Shown piece by piece: positions 9,849 through 18,838 of a DNA stretch of 50,215 bases. Source of the DNA: an uncultured Oligoflexus sp. (lineage in GTDB: Bacteria; Bdellovibrionota_B; Oligoflexia; Oligoflexales; Oligoflexaceae); assembly GCA_964236955.1 (NCBI GenBank), contig CAXSGP010000027.1, positions 1 through 50,215 on the forward strand. The letters are read 5' to 3'. Made by a program: the position numbers and the translations under genes. Position 1 is the first letter of the stretch. Each line of letters opens with the position of its first letter. Below the pieces are notes generated by a model that was not told the origin of the DNA, did not search any database, and was given only the letters and a program-made list of their open reading frames with translations.

Positions 9849-12422
9849 ATGGCAAATGGTCTTACCTGTATCACTTTAGGGGGATTAAGAGTGATCCGCT
9901 TACGCCACATATCTGCAGTACTTCTTATGAGTCTGCTCATCCAGCAGCCGGTAGAGGCGCAAGAAGACGTTCCTACGCAAGTTGACGATGGTCCAGGACA
10001 GACGGAAGGTCCTGCGGACACGCCGGCTCCTCCCAATGGAACCAACATCGGTAAAATTGCGGCTGGAAAAGGTCCCAAGCCTGGTCCCGAGGGTCCGGGC
10101 GGAGCGGATAAAGTTCCCGAAGGTCAGGAATTGGTCAGTATCGACTTTCCAGAGCCGACAGAAATTAAGGATATCATCCGGGCCGTTGCTCTTTGGACCG
10201 GTAAAAACGTCATTATTGGTAAAAACGTGTCGGGCAAGATCCAAATGATCTCGCCCCGCAAGGTTACCAAGGAAGAGGCGTACCAAGCTTTCCTTTCCGC
10301 TCTGAACGTCGCCGGGTATACGACGGTGGAAACAGGTAAAGTCATCAAAATCGTTGCGACCACGACGGCAGCGAAGGACAACCTGAGCATCTATCAAGGC
10401 ACCAACTGGGCGCCACGTACCGACAAGCTCATCACGCAGATCGTTCCTTTGCGTTATATCGAAGCGCGTGTTGTGCAGACCACGCTCTCCCAATTGGTGC
10501 CAAGCAATTCCATTATTGCTTATCAACCGACCAATACCCTTATCATCAGCGACACGGGTTACCGGGTTCGCCGCGTCCTCAGTATCATCGAGATGCTTGA
10601 CGTCGCCGGACAGCAGCCAAAAGTCGCTCTCGTTCCCATCCGCTATGGTGATGCAAAGACGATTTCGGCAAAAATCTCCGAGATCATCTCGGCCAGCGAA
10701 TCGGCCAACCGCGCCGGAGCCGCCGGTGGTGGATCGACCGGGAAAACAGGCTATAAAGTCAGTGTCGATGAGCGTTCAAACTCAGTCGTTATTTTTGGAC
10801 CGCCACGCACGATTCAGGATGTTAAGGATCTCGTCAAAAAATTCGATTTCCCCATCGATGATCCGGCAAATCAAGCGGCGATACGCGTGCGTTTTCTCGA
10901 CTATGCCGATGCCAAGAAAATCGCAACCACTCTGTCGTCTCTGGCCTCAGGTCAGGGCGGAGCGGCGAGACGTTCACCAACGGCGCCCATTCGAAGTCTG
11001 GGTCAGCCCAATACACGCACTCCCAGAATCGGTGATACGGCGGGCGATCCGTCGCCTGTCGCCGACCTTGGTGACAATGTAAAAATCACTGCGGACGACA
11101 GCTCGAACTCGCTTTTGATCACCGGCTCACGATCGGCCTATGAAGCGGTCAACGGCATCATCCGCAAGCTCGACCGAAGGCGTCCCCAAGTCTACGTCGA
11201 AGCGGATATTCTCGATGTAAACGTTGCCAATAACTTTAATTTTGGAACCTCGCTCCTCCTCGGCCAAAAATCGGGTCAGACCGTGCAGGCCTATGGTTGG
11301 CAAGGTACCAAGGTAGCTCCTATCATCGTCGGTGGTTCCAATCAGAACAATACCGATGCAACCAAACTTGAGGTGGCTAAGGCGCTCGGTACCGATTTCA
11401 CAATCGGTGTCCTTTCCGGCAAGTCCATCGAGATTCCCGGTATTGGCGCGGTTCGCCCTGCCGGCCTTATCTCGATGCTAAAATCGGATACCAATACCCG
11501 CGTTCTGTCATCCCCCCACCTTCTTACCTCCAACAACGAAGTGGCGAAGATCGTCGTCGGTGACACGCTCTTCTATAAATCCGCGGTATCGTCGGCAGCG
11601 GTCGGTGGCGGCGCGATCGAAAAAATTGAGAAAGAAAATGCTGATTTAAGTCTAGAAATCAAGCCTAATATTAGTCATGCCGGTAATTACGTGACACTCA
11701 AAGTAGATCTTGAGGCCAACGAAGGCCAAATCAACTCCCTTGGCGTGCCGGCGATTAACAAACGCCAAACCTCGCAACTTGTTACCGTGCGAAACGGCCA
11801 AACTGTTGTCGTGTCGGGATTGGTCAAGCGCCGTGAAATCGAAGCCTTCGATAAAATTCCCTTGCTTGGCGACATCCCACTTATTGGCTGGCTCTTTAGA
11901 AACAGCACGATCAATAAGAACACGACCAGCCTTATGATCTTTCTCACGCCCCATGTCGTGTACGGTGCCAACGATTTGGCTGCTATTTACGACAAAAAGA
12001 TTGCGGAACGTGATGAGATGATGGCCGCTTCCTTTGGCACCGACTCCGACGACGACTTCGTCAAGGCCTTGCCTTCAAAAGCAGATGGCCAGTACCGGCC
12101 CGACGAGATCGACGCTCTCGAAGAAAAAGATCAAGAAGAACTGCGTCGCCAGATGCGCGAGGATCGCGGCATGGGCTCTTCGGCTCCCATGGGCGCCGCG
12201 GAAACTATGAAGGAAAAGGACGATCCATCAAAGCCAGGTCATGAAGAGGGAACCACAGTTCCTATGCCTATGAACGGTTTTGAAGATGGCGGAACCTCGA
12301 ACGGTAATCCTGGTGAGGCCGGTGGTGTCGAAGGCGGTGGTATTCCATCACCTCCCCCCCCTCCCCCTCCCCCGGAACCGGTGGAAATACCTGAGTCGAT
12401 GGAACAGCCTCAAATGGAATAA
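9849..12422 (+). CDS. gspD: type II secretion secretin GspD
   Basis: Signal peptide, N0 (EEAYQAFLSAL), repeated N domains (DERSNSVVI, DDSSNSLLI), secretin domain (QVYVEA, VLSSPHLLTSNN, KIPLLGDIPLIGWLFR, LMIFLTPHVV). Confidence 0.96.
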   Translation: MANGLTCITLGGLRVIRLRHISAVLLMSLLIQQPVEAQEDVPTQVDDGPGQTEGPADTPAPPNGTNIGKIAAGKGPKPGPEGPGGADKVPEGQELVSIDFPEPTEIKDIIRAVALWTGKNVIIGKNVSGKIQMISPRKVTKEEAYQAFLSALNVAGYTTVETGKVIKIVATTTAAKDNLSIYQGTNWAPRTDKLITQIVPLRYIEARVVQTTLSQLVPSNSIIAYQPTNTLIISDTGYRVRRVLSIIEMLDVAGQQPKVALVPIRYGDAKTISAKISEIISASESANRAGAAGGGSTGKTGYKVSVDERSNSVVIFGPPRTIQDVKDLVKKFDFPIDDPANQAAIRVRFLDYADAKKIATTLSSLASGQGGAARRSPTAPIRSLGQPNTRTPRIGDTAGDPSPVADLGDNVKITADDSSNSLLITGSRSAYEAVNGIIRKLDRRRPQVYVEADILDVNVANNFNFGTSLLLGQKSGQTVQAYGWQGTKVAPIIVGGSNQNNTDATKLEVAKALGTDFTIGVLSGKSIEIPGIGAVRPAGLISMLKSDTNTRVLSSPHLLTSNNEVAKIVVGDTLFYKSAVSSAAVGGGAIEKIEKENADLSLEIKPNISHAGNYVTLKVDLEANEGQINSLGVPAINKRQTSQLVTVRNGQTVVVSGLVKRREIEAFDKIPLLGDIPLIGWLFRNSTINKNTTSLMIFLTPHVVYGANDLAAIYDKKIAERDEMMAASFGTDSDDDFVKALPSKADGQYRPDEIDALEEKDQEELRRQMREDRGMGSSAPMGAAETMKEKDDPSKPGHEEGTTVPMPMNGFEDGGTSNGNPGEAGGVEGGGIPSPPPPPPPPEPVEIPESMEQPQME

Positions 12423-12460
12423 GTGAGAAAATACCATTCCCACGTTAGGTAATTAAAGGC

Positions 12461-14314
12461 ATGAGCGATTCGCGTGACAAGAATAAGCATCACCATGACG
12501 ACAACTTAGCGGAAGATAACAAAACCGGTCTGAGTTGGACTCAATTGCCTTCGATCGACTTCAGGAGCCTTCAGCATAAGACGTTGGGGCAAATCCTGAT
12601 CGAATCCAAGGCTATTTCCCCGAAACAGCTTGAAGATGCCCTGCGCGAGCAAAACCTCGACGGCAACACTAGAAAGCTTGGGGAAGTACTGGTCGCCAAA
12701 GACTACGTGTCTGAGGAGAACATGCTGCGCGCCCTGGCGATGCAGCTGGATCTACCTTATTACGACCGACTTCCACTCAACGACATTGACCCCACGCTGG
12801 TCGATAATATTCCCATTCAGTTCTGTCGTGATAACAAGATCCTTCCCATCGCCCGTGACGACTTCAACGTCACGGTGGTAGTGGCCGATCCCCTGAATAT
12901 TCATCCCCTGGATGATTTGCGGCTTATCCTCTCGACCAATATCAACATGATCGTAAGTGCGCCGGCTATCATCGAAAACGCTATCAATCGCGTCTTCGAA
13001 CGAGCCAACGACGCATCACAAAAAGTTCTTGATGAATTGAGCGTCGGCGATGTCGGTGACGAAGAGGATCTCGAACAAACGCGCGATCTCCTGGAATCGT
13101 CCGACGATGAAAAGCCTATTATTCGCCTGGTAAACAGTCTGCTTGCACGGGCTGTCAAAGAACGTGCGTCAGATATTCACATCGAACCTTCCGAACAGGA
13201 AATGCAGGTTCGCTTTCGTATCGACGGCATGCTGCAGGACAAGACTCAGGTCCACCGTCGCCACGCCGGCTCGGTAGCGTCCCGTATCAAGGTCATCGGC
13301 AAGCTCGATATCGCTGAAAAGCGTGTGCCGCAGGATGGCCGTATTTCGATCAAGGTTGCCGGCAAGGATATCGATGTTCGACTGTCCGTGATCCCTGTGG
13401 CTTTTGGAGAACGCATCGTCATGCGTCTTCTCGATAAGTCCGCCGGAGGCAAACGCCTCGATCAGATGGGTCTTGAAAAGCGCACCTATGAAGCTTTTTC
13501 ATCTCTCGTTGAACAGAAACACGGTATCGTTTTGGTTACCGGGCCTACGGGTTCTGGTAAATCGACCCTGCTCTACGCAGCCGTGATGCAAATCAACACG
13601 AGCGACATCAACATCCTTACCATCGAGGATCCAGTCGAATATCAGGTAGCCGGCGTCGGTCAGATCGAAGTCAAAGATAAAATCGGGATGACCTTTGCGA
13701 GTGGCCTGCGAGCCATCCTTCGTCAGGATCCGGACGTCATCATGATCGGAGAAATCCGGGATGCAGAGACCGCAAAGATCGCGGTTCAGGCATCGATCAC
13801 CGGTCACTTGGTGCTTTCGACCCTGCACACCAACGATACGGCGTCATCAGTTACGCGCTTTCTCGACTTCGGTGTTCAGCCCTTTCAGCTATCGTCGGCG
13901 GTCCTTGGCATCGTGGCGACTCGCCTCCTGCGCAAGATCTGTCTCAACTGCCGCGAAGCCTATGAGCCGAGCGACACCGAACTCCACGTTATGGGCGTGT
14001 CCCGTACTGAAATGCGTGGCAAACAGATTTACCGCGCAGGGTCTGGCTGTGAACGCTGCTTCGGCATCGGCTACTATGGCCGTTGCGGTGTCTATGAACT
14101 CCTAGTCTTTGATGAAGAGATCCGGACCCTCATTTTGCAGACTCAGGATTCAAAAACTATCAAAAAACTGGCGGTGGAAAAGGGCATGGCGACATTGCGC
14201 GATTCCGCACTGAATAAGGTCCTTCTTGGCGAAACTTCCTTGGAAGAAGCAGTCCGCAAAACCCAGACGGATGAGCTCGATATCGACATGGGTGCGGTTG
14301 CAGAGAAGGGTTGA
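12461..14314 (+). CDS. gspE: type II secretion ATPase GspE with MshEN-like N-terminus
   Basis: ASDIHIEP, PQDGRI, GPTGSGKST, TIEDPVE, LRQDPDVIMIGEIRD, TGHLVLSTLHTN, two CxxC zinc motifs. Confidence 0.97.
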   Translation: MSDSRDKNKHHHDDNLAEDNKTGLSWTQLPSIDFRSLQHKTLGQILIESKAISPKQLEDALREQNLDGNTRKLGEVLVAKDYVSEENMLRALAMQLDLPYYDRLPLNDIDPTLVDNIPIQFCRDNKILPIARDDFNVTVVVADPLNIHPLDDLRLILSTNINMIVSAPAIIENAINRVFERANDASQKVLDELSVGDVGDEEDLEQTRDLLESSDDEKPIIRLVNSLLARAVKERASDIHIEPSEQEMQVRFRIDGMLQDKTQVHRRHAGSVASRIKVIGKLDIAEKRVPQDGRISIKVAGKDIDVRLSVIPVAFGERIVMRLLDKSAGGKRLDQMGLEKRTYEAFSSLVEQKHGIVLVTGPTGSGKSTLLYAAVMQINTSDINILTIEDPVEYQVAGVGQIEVKDKIGMTFASGLRAILRQDPDVIMIGEIRDAETAKIAVQASITGHLVLSTLHTNDTASSVTRFLDFGVQPFQLSSAVLGIVATRLLRKICLNCREAYEPSDTELHVMGVSRTEMRGKQIYRAGSGCERCFGIGYYGRCGVYELLVFDEEIRTLILQTQDSKTIKKLAVEKGMATLRDSALNKVLLGETSLEEAVRKTQTDELDIDMGAVAEKG

Positions 14315-14321
14315 CTAAGCA

Positions 14322-15557
14322 ATGCCTCTTTATTCGTACAAGGGCTACGATGCTAAGTCCGGTGCCAACGTAAAGGGTCGGATTGACGCTGATTCAGAAC
14401 GCAATGCCCGGCAGACTCTCCGTCAGCGGAATAAAATTATCGTTGCCGAAATTAAGGAGGAAAAGACCAGCGCCAGCAGCGGCGGTCGAAAACCGGGATT
14501 CAACCTGTCTTTTCTGGAACAAGGGGTGAGTCTTGACGAACTTTCCAACATGGTTCGGCAGTTTGCTACCCTTCAGGGTGCCCATGTTCCTCTCGATGAC
14601 AGTTTAAAAGCACTTTCCAATCAGGTCGACAATGAGACCCTTAGGAACGTGCTTTCCTCCGTAAAGGATTCGGTATCAGAGGGTAAATCTCTCGCCGATT
14701 CCAGCGCCGCCTTTCCAAAAGTCTTCAACCGCCTCTATGTTAACATGGTCAAAGCCGGTGAATCTTCGGGTAACCTCGCGACGGTTCTCGAACGACTCTC
14801 AGGCTTTCTTGAATACCAGGTGGCCGTAAAAGGAAAGATCGTTCAGGCCTTGGTTTATCCATCGGTCATGATTGCCGCCTCACTCGGGGTCGTGGTCTTT
14901 CTTCTCGTGGTCATTGTTCCTAAGTTGACCAAGGTCTTTACGTCCATGCGCGTAGAAATTCCGTGGTATACAAAGGCTTTGATTGGATTTTCCACTTTCT
15001 TGCAGGGTTATTGGTACATTCCCATCATTCTCATAGTTTTGGGCATGTATTTATTTAGTCGGTGGATGGCAACCGACGCCGGGCGTAAGAAGTTCGACGG
15101 TATCCTGCTCAAGGCCCCGGTCATCGGTCCGGTATTTATGATGTTGGCCGTGTCACGGTTTACTAAAACACTTTCGACCCTTTTGGCGTCTGGTGTGCCT
15201 ATCATTGCAGCACTTGATATTACCAAGAACGTTGTCAACAACCTCATCCTGGCCGAAGTTCTGGAGCAGGCAAAGGTAGAGGTTCAGGAAGGTAACAGTC
15301 TGGCCGCCTGTATCGCCAAAAGCGGTGTGTTTCCAAGTCTCGTGACGCACATGATAGCGACCGGTGAAAAGACTGGCGAGCTGACGACGATGCTGTCTCA
15401 CGTAGCGAAATCCTATGACTCAGAGGTGGAGCGGAAGATCTCGAAAATGATTTCCCTAATCGAGCCTATCATGATGATTTTCCTGATGATTATTGCAGTT
15501 ACTGTCATCGTTGCGATGGTGCTGCCGATGATGAACATTATGAAGCAGATTAAGTAG
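14322..15557 (+). CDS. gspF: type II secretion inner-membrane platform protein GspF
   Basis: VSEGKSLAD..FPKVF..LYVNMVKAGESSG, ALVYP, MIATGEKTGEL, LIEP; three TM segments. Confidence 0.96.
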   Translation: MPLYSYKGYDAKSGANVKGRIDADSERNARQTLRQRNKIIVAEIKEEKTSASSGGRKPGFNLSFLEQGVSLDELSNMVRQFATLQGAHVPLDDSLKALSNQVDNETLRNVLSSVKDSVSEGKSLADSSAAFPKVFNRLYVNMVKAGESSGNLATVLERLSGFLEYQVAVKGKIVQALVYPSVMIAASLGVVVFLLVVIVPKLTKVFTSMRVEIPWYTKALIGFSTFLQGYWYIPIILIVLGMYLFSRWMATDAGRKKFDGILLKAPVIGPVFMMLAVSRFTKTLSTLLASGVPIIAALDITKNVVNNLILAEVLEQAKVEVQEGNSLAACIAKSGVFPSLVTHMIATGEKTGELTTMLSHVAKSYDSEVERKISKMISLIEPIMMIFLMIIAVTVIVAMVLPMMNIMKQIK

Positions 15558-15697
15558 GCGGGATCTATCCCAAGGACACTAAGAGTGTTACTCTGCAGTC
15601 ACGACACGAGTTGTCACAGTTTCTGATTACGAACATATCGCTGGGTTCATGTGGAACTCATCGAACGAGTGGTAAAGACGATCTTAAGGAGTCTCAT

Positions 15698-16174
15698 ATG
15701 ATGGGGAAGAGCATGCTGAATTTGCTATTGAAGCCTTTTGATAAAGACGTTCGTCGCCAGGCCGGTATGACGATTATCGAAATTTTGATCGTGATCGCCC
15801 TTATCGGTACGATTATGACTATCATCATGACCAACGTACTTCAAAAGAATGATGAAGCCAGGGTCGACCTTGCCCGCATCGCAGCGGCACAGCTGGAGAA
15901 TGCCCTACGTCTCTATAAGCTCAATAACAATCGTTATCCTACGACAGAAGAAGGCCTTCAGGCTTTGGTTACAGCCCCCGCATCTGCTAAAAACTGGCGT
16001 GGACCCTACACTGAGGCTGATAAACTCAAGGATCCGTGGAGCAATGATTTCAGCTATGAATCGAGCGGCAATAAAGCATTTAAAATTACCTCTCCCGGTC
16101 AGGACCAAGAACTTGGAACGGCCGATGATGTCATCTACCCTGCTGAAGCGGCTGGAACTGCCGAAGCGAAATGA
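15698..16174 (+). CDS. gspG: major pseudopilin GspG
   Basis: AAGGAG RBS before ATG 15698 (downstream of the ORF-track start); prepilin motif QAG|MTIIE; ALRLYKLNNNRYPTTEEGLQALV, NWRGPY, DPW. Confidence 0.95.
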   Translation: MMGKSMLNLLLKPFDKDVRRQAGMTIIEILIVIALIGTIMTIIMTNVLQKNDEARVDLARIAAAQLENALRLYKLNNNRYPTTEEGLQALVTAPASAKNWRGPYTEADKLKDPWSNDFSYESSGNKAFKITSPGQDQELGTADDVIYPAEAAGTAEAK

Positions 16175-16436
16175 TGGTCTGCCGCCAGGGTTTTTAATCG
16201 GACCCGGCAAATTCTGATTGAGAGTCTGACGTCATACGGCCCTCAACCCCTAGTGTTTTATGGTCGCCGTATAAAGAAGGACAAGGGCCGAAGCCGTCCT
16301 AATACTAGGTCTTACTTTATACGGCGATTCTTAATCGGGCCACGCTGAAGTTCGCTGCAATCGATCCAAAGCTTTATCCGGTGATAAGGTGATGAGTCAG
16401 CTGATGCTCACGCGAGCATAAGGAGCTTGGGAATCC

Positions 16437-17255
16437 ATGCGACCCAGTCTCAACGATAACGCAATATCAAAAATGCCATCGCCCGTGCAAAAACCCAGCG
16501 CGTCGGCAGGCTTTACCCTGATCGAAATTATCCTCGTTATTGCCTTGATGGCGGTCGTCTTTATTCTCGTCGTGCCAAACTTCAATATCGTGCCTTCATC
16601 AGAGGCGACGTCTAAGATCAACGGACTCGCCGGCGACATCAGAGCCGCTTACGATATGGCTGTCCTGCATCGCAAACCCTATCGACTGGTGTTTGAATTC
16701 AAAACCGCTGACTATTGGCTGGAATCGACTGAGCGCCTGGATTTTCAACTCGGCGACAATCGACTCTCAAGAGACCCTTCGCCGCAGGAAATCAAAGACT
16801 CCCTTGCTCAGTTTGAAGAGGATTTCAAGGAATATGTCACCCTTGCCGGCAAAGACGTCGAGGATTCGGAAACCGAGACGACCATCAAGCCGACATCCCC
16901 TTTGATTGCGGCCCGGAGCAAGCTAAGGCCTGTCGAATGGCGGGCCACTGAAGATGCCGAATGGACCAAGCGCAGTCTTGGGCCTCATTTTCTTTTACGA
17001 TCGCTGCAGGCCGAACATCATAAAAACCTCCAGACCTATGAAGAACTCCAAACCGATGGCTACGCTTACCTTTATTTCTTTCCCGAAGGTTATGTGGAAA
17101 AAGCCGTAATTTACATCGCGCCTGCCGACGAAGAAGATAAAGCCCGTTGGGATCAGCTCACCTATACCGTGGTGACCAGAGCCTGGGAAGGACTGGCGGA
17201 AGTTGAATCCGGTTATAGAGAGGTCGACATAACTCGTGATGAAAAAGCCAAATGA
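16437..17255 (+). CDS. gspH: minor pseudopilin, GspH-like
   Basis: AG|FTLIEIILVIAL prepilin motif, YFFPEG, position in cluster; AAGGAG RBS. Confidence 0.8.
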   Translation: MRPSLNDNAISKMPSPVQKPSASAGFTLIEIILVIALMAVVFILVVPNFNIVPSSEATSKINGLAGDIRAAYDMAVLHRKPYRLVFEFKTADYWLESTERLDFQLGDNRLSRDPSPQEIKDSLAQFEEDFKEYVTLAGKDVEDSETETTIKPTSPLIAARSKLRPVEWRATEDAEWTKRSLGPHFLLRSLQAEHHKNLQTYEELQTDGYAYLYFFPEGYVEKAVIYIAPADEEDKARWDQLTYTVVTRAWEGLAEVESGYREVDITRDEKAK

Positions 17256-18030
17256 TCATTCTGAAAAAAATCCAGTTATAAGGAAACCTCAGGAACTGAG
17301 CTTTACCTTGCTTGAGGTTATTATAGCCGTCGGTCTTCTGACTGCAGTGGTTATGCAGGTTGCCGGTGGGCAGGGCAGTTTATTTGAAATTACCGATTAT
17401 TCAAAACGGGCGACCGAAGCGACCTGGCTTGCCAAACGCCTGATGTCAGAGATGGAATACAATTATATTCAATACGATCTGAAAGACCTGGAGCAAACCG
17501 TAAAAGAAGAAGCGTTCGAAGACCTCAAGGAAAAGGATCCTGACGCGGACTATAAATATTCCATCACCGTTGAAGAGTGGAAGCTGCCGCTTATCGATTT
17601 TCTCTCCGGCGGTGGTGGTAAATCTGAACAAGAGAAGAACAAGGACAAAGATGAAGGCCGGGCCGAAAGTCCAGTCGCCGGCATCCCGGGTCTCGATGGC
17701 ATCATCAATCAAATTTTTGAGGGTCATATGATGAAGACTGCCCATGTGGAAGTCTCCTGGCCAGAGGGCGCTCGAAGAAACTCCGTGGCTCTCACCTATC
17801 TGCTGACCAACCAGAAGAAGCTCGATGATTATGTTTTGACTAAAGGTGCCGTGTGGGACGCGGTTCGTAAAAAGATGGATCCGGCCGTGAAAGGAGAGAG
17901 TGGAAAAATATCGAGCTCGGGAACGCTGCCGTCAGGAGGAACAGCCTCTGGGACGACTCAACCTAATAATGGTACGAGCAGTCCGGGCGCAGGGTCAGTC
18001 CCACAAACCAATGTGCCACCGCCACCTTAA
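17236..18030 (+). CDS. gspI: minor pseudopilin, GspI-like
   Basis: S|FTLLEVIIAV motif, VEVSW near the C-terminus, position between H and J. Confidence 0.75.
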   Translation: MMKKPNDHSEKNPVIRKPQELSFTLLEVIIAVGLLTAVVMQVAGGQGSLFEITDYSKRATEATWLAKRLMSEMEYNYIQYDLKDLEQTVKEEAFEDLKEKDPDADYKYSITVEEWKLPLIDFLSGGGGKSEQEKNKDKDEGRAESPVAGIPGLDGIINQIFEGHMMKTAHVEVSWPEGARRNSVALTYLLTNQKKLDDYVLTKGAVWDAVRKKMDPAVKGESGKISSSGTLPSGGTASGTTQPNNGTSSPGAGSVPQTNVPPPP

Positions 18031-18035
18031 GGTCA

Positions 18036-18827
18036 TTGATCAACAAAGGAAACCGCGTGAAGCTTCCGTTCCCATCATCATCAAGCAAGGGCTCAATCCA
18101 CTCGCCTAGCCGTGAAAGTGGGATGACGCTGCTGGAAATTATATTCTCAGTGACGCTGATGCTGATCATGACGATGGCAACGGCGAGCGTCCTGCGCAAC
18201 GGCCTCGATATGCGCCTGGAACTTTCGCAGCGATCACGCGTCACGCATCGCATCAATATCGTCATGCAAAGGATTTCCGACGATCTGCAGCATGCCTTTA
18301 TCATTTCGTCCCAGCAGGTTTTTATAAGGAAAGCCGAGATCAAAACCCTCTTTCGTGTCAAACCCTGGGATAACAGCAGCGAACTCCGCCTGACGACGAT
18401 GAATCATGTGCCCCATATGGGAGGGACCCATGAATCCGATCAAACCTATGTCGTCTATCGAATCGAAAAGGACAACACTTCCAACCGGCCCCACCTCTAT
18501 CGAGGCGAGGCATCAACGATCCCCGAAAACCTCGATGACGACCCGCCCCTGAGCGTGCTGGCGCGCAATATCAAGTCGATAAAGATTTCTCCGTGGAGCG
18601 GCGAGGCGTGGCGGGAGGAATGGGACAGCAACCGGAGCGATTGGCGCGATACGCTGCCGCGGATGGTGAAGGTTGAGATTGAAGCCTATGCCTATGATCC
18701 CCCTGACCCTGATACTCCCATTAGCGAAAACGAACTCACGGTAACGATGCGAACCGTCATCTTTATCCCTCGGGCGGTGCTGACCAAGGAACCCAAAGAA
18801 GCTGGCGAAACACCGAAGTATTATTGA
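18036..18827 (+). CDS. gspJ: minor pseudopilin, GspJ-like
   Basis: SG|MTLLEII, RISDDLQHA, LYR, EWDS, LPRMVKVEI; start uncertain. Confidence 0.82.
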   Translation: MINKGNRVKLPFPSSSSKGSIHSPSRESGMTLLEIIFSVTLMLIMTMATASVLRNGLDMRLELSQRSRVTHRINIVMQRISDDLQHAFIISSQQVFIRKAEIKTLFRVKPWDNSSELRLTTMNHVPHMGGTHESDQTYVVYRIEKDNTSNRPHLYRGEASTIPENLDDDPPLSVLARNIKSIKISPWSGEAWREEWDSNRSDWRDTLPRMVKVEIEAYAYDPPDPDTPISENELTVTMRTVIFIPRAVLTKEPKEAGETPKYY

Positions 18828-18838
18828 GGGAGTAAAGT

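Noticed and set aside
15611..15697. TTG-initiated extension of gspG
   Set aside because: A strong AAGGAG RBS precedes ATG 15698
16205..16310. HDV-like ribozyme or c-di-GMP-I riboswitch reading of the gspG-gspH spacer
   Set aside because: P1/P2-like pairings and CTAA are present, but P3/L3, P1.1 and P4 geometry do not fit; GGCAAA is not followed by the GNRA loop and GCAAA elements of c-di-GMP-I
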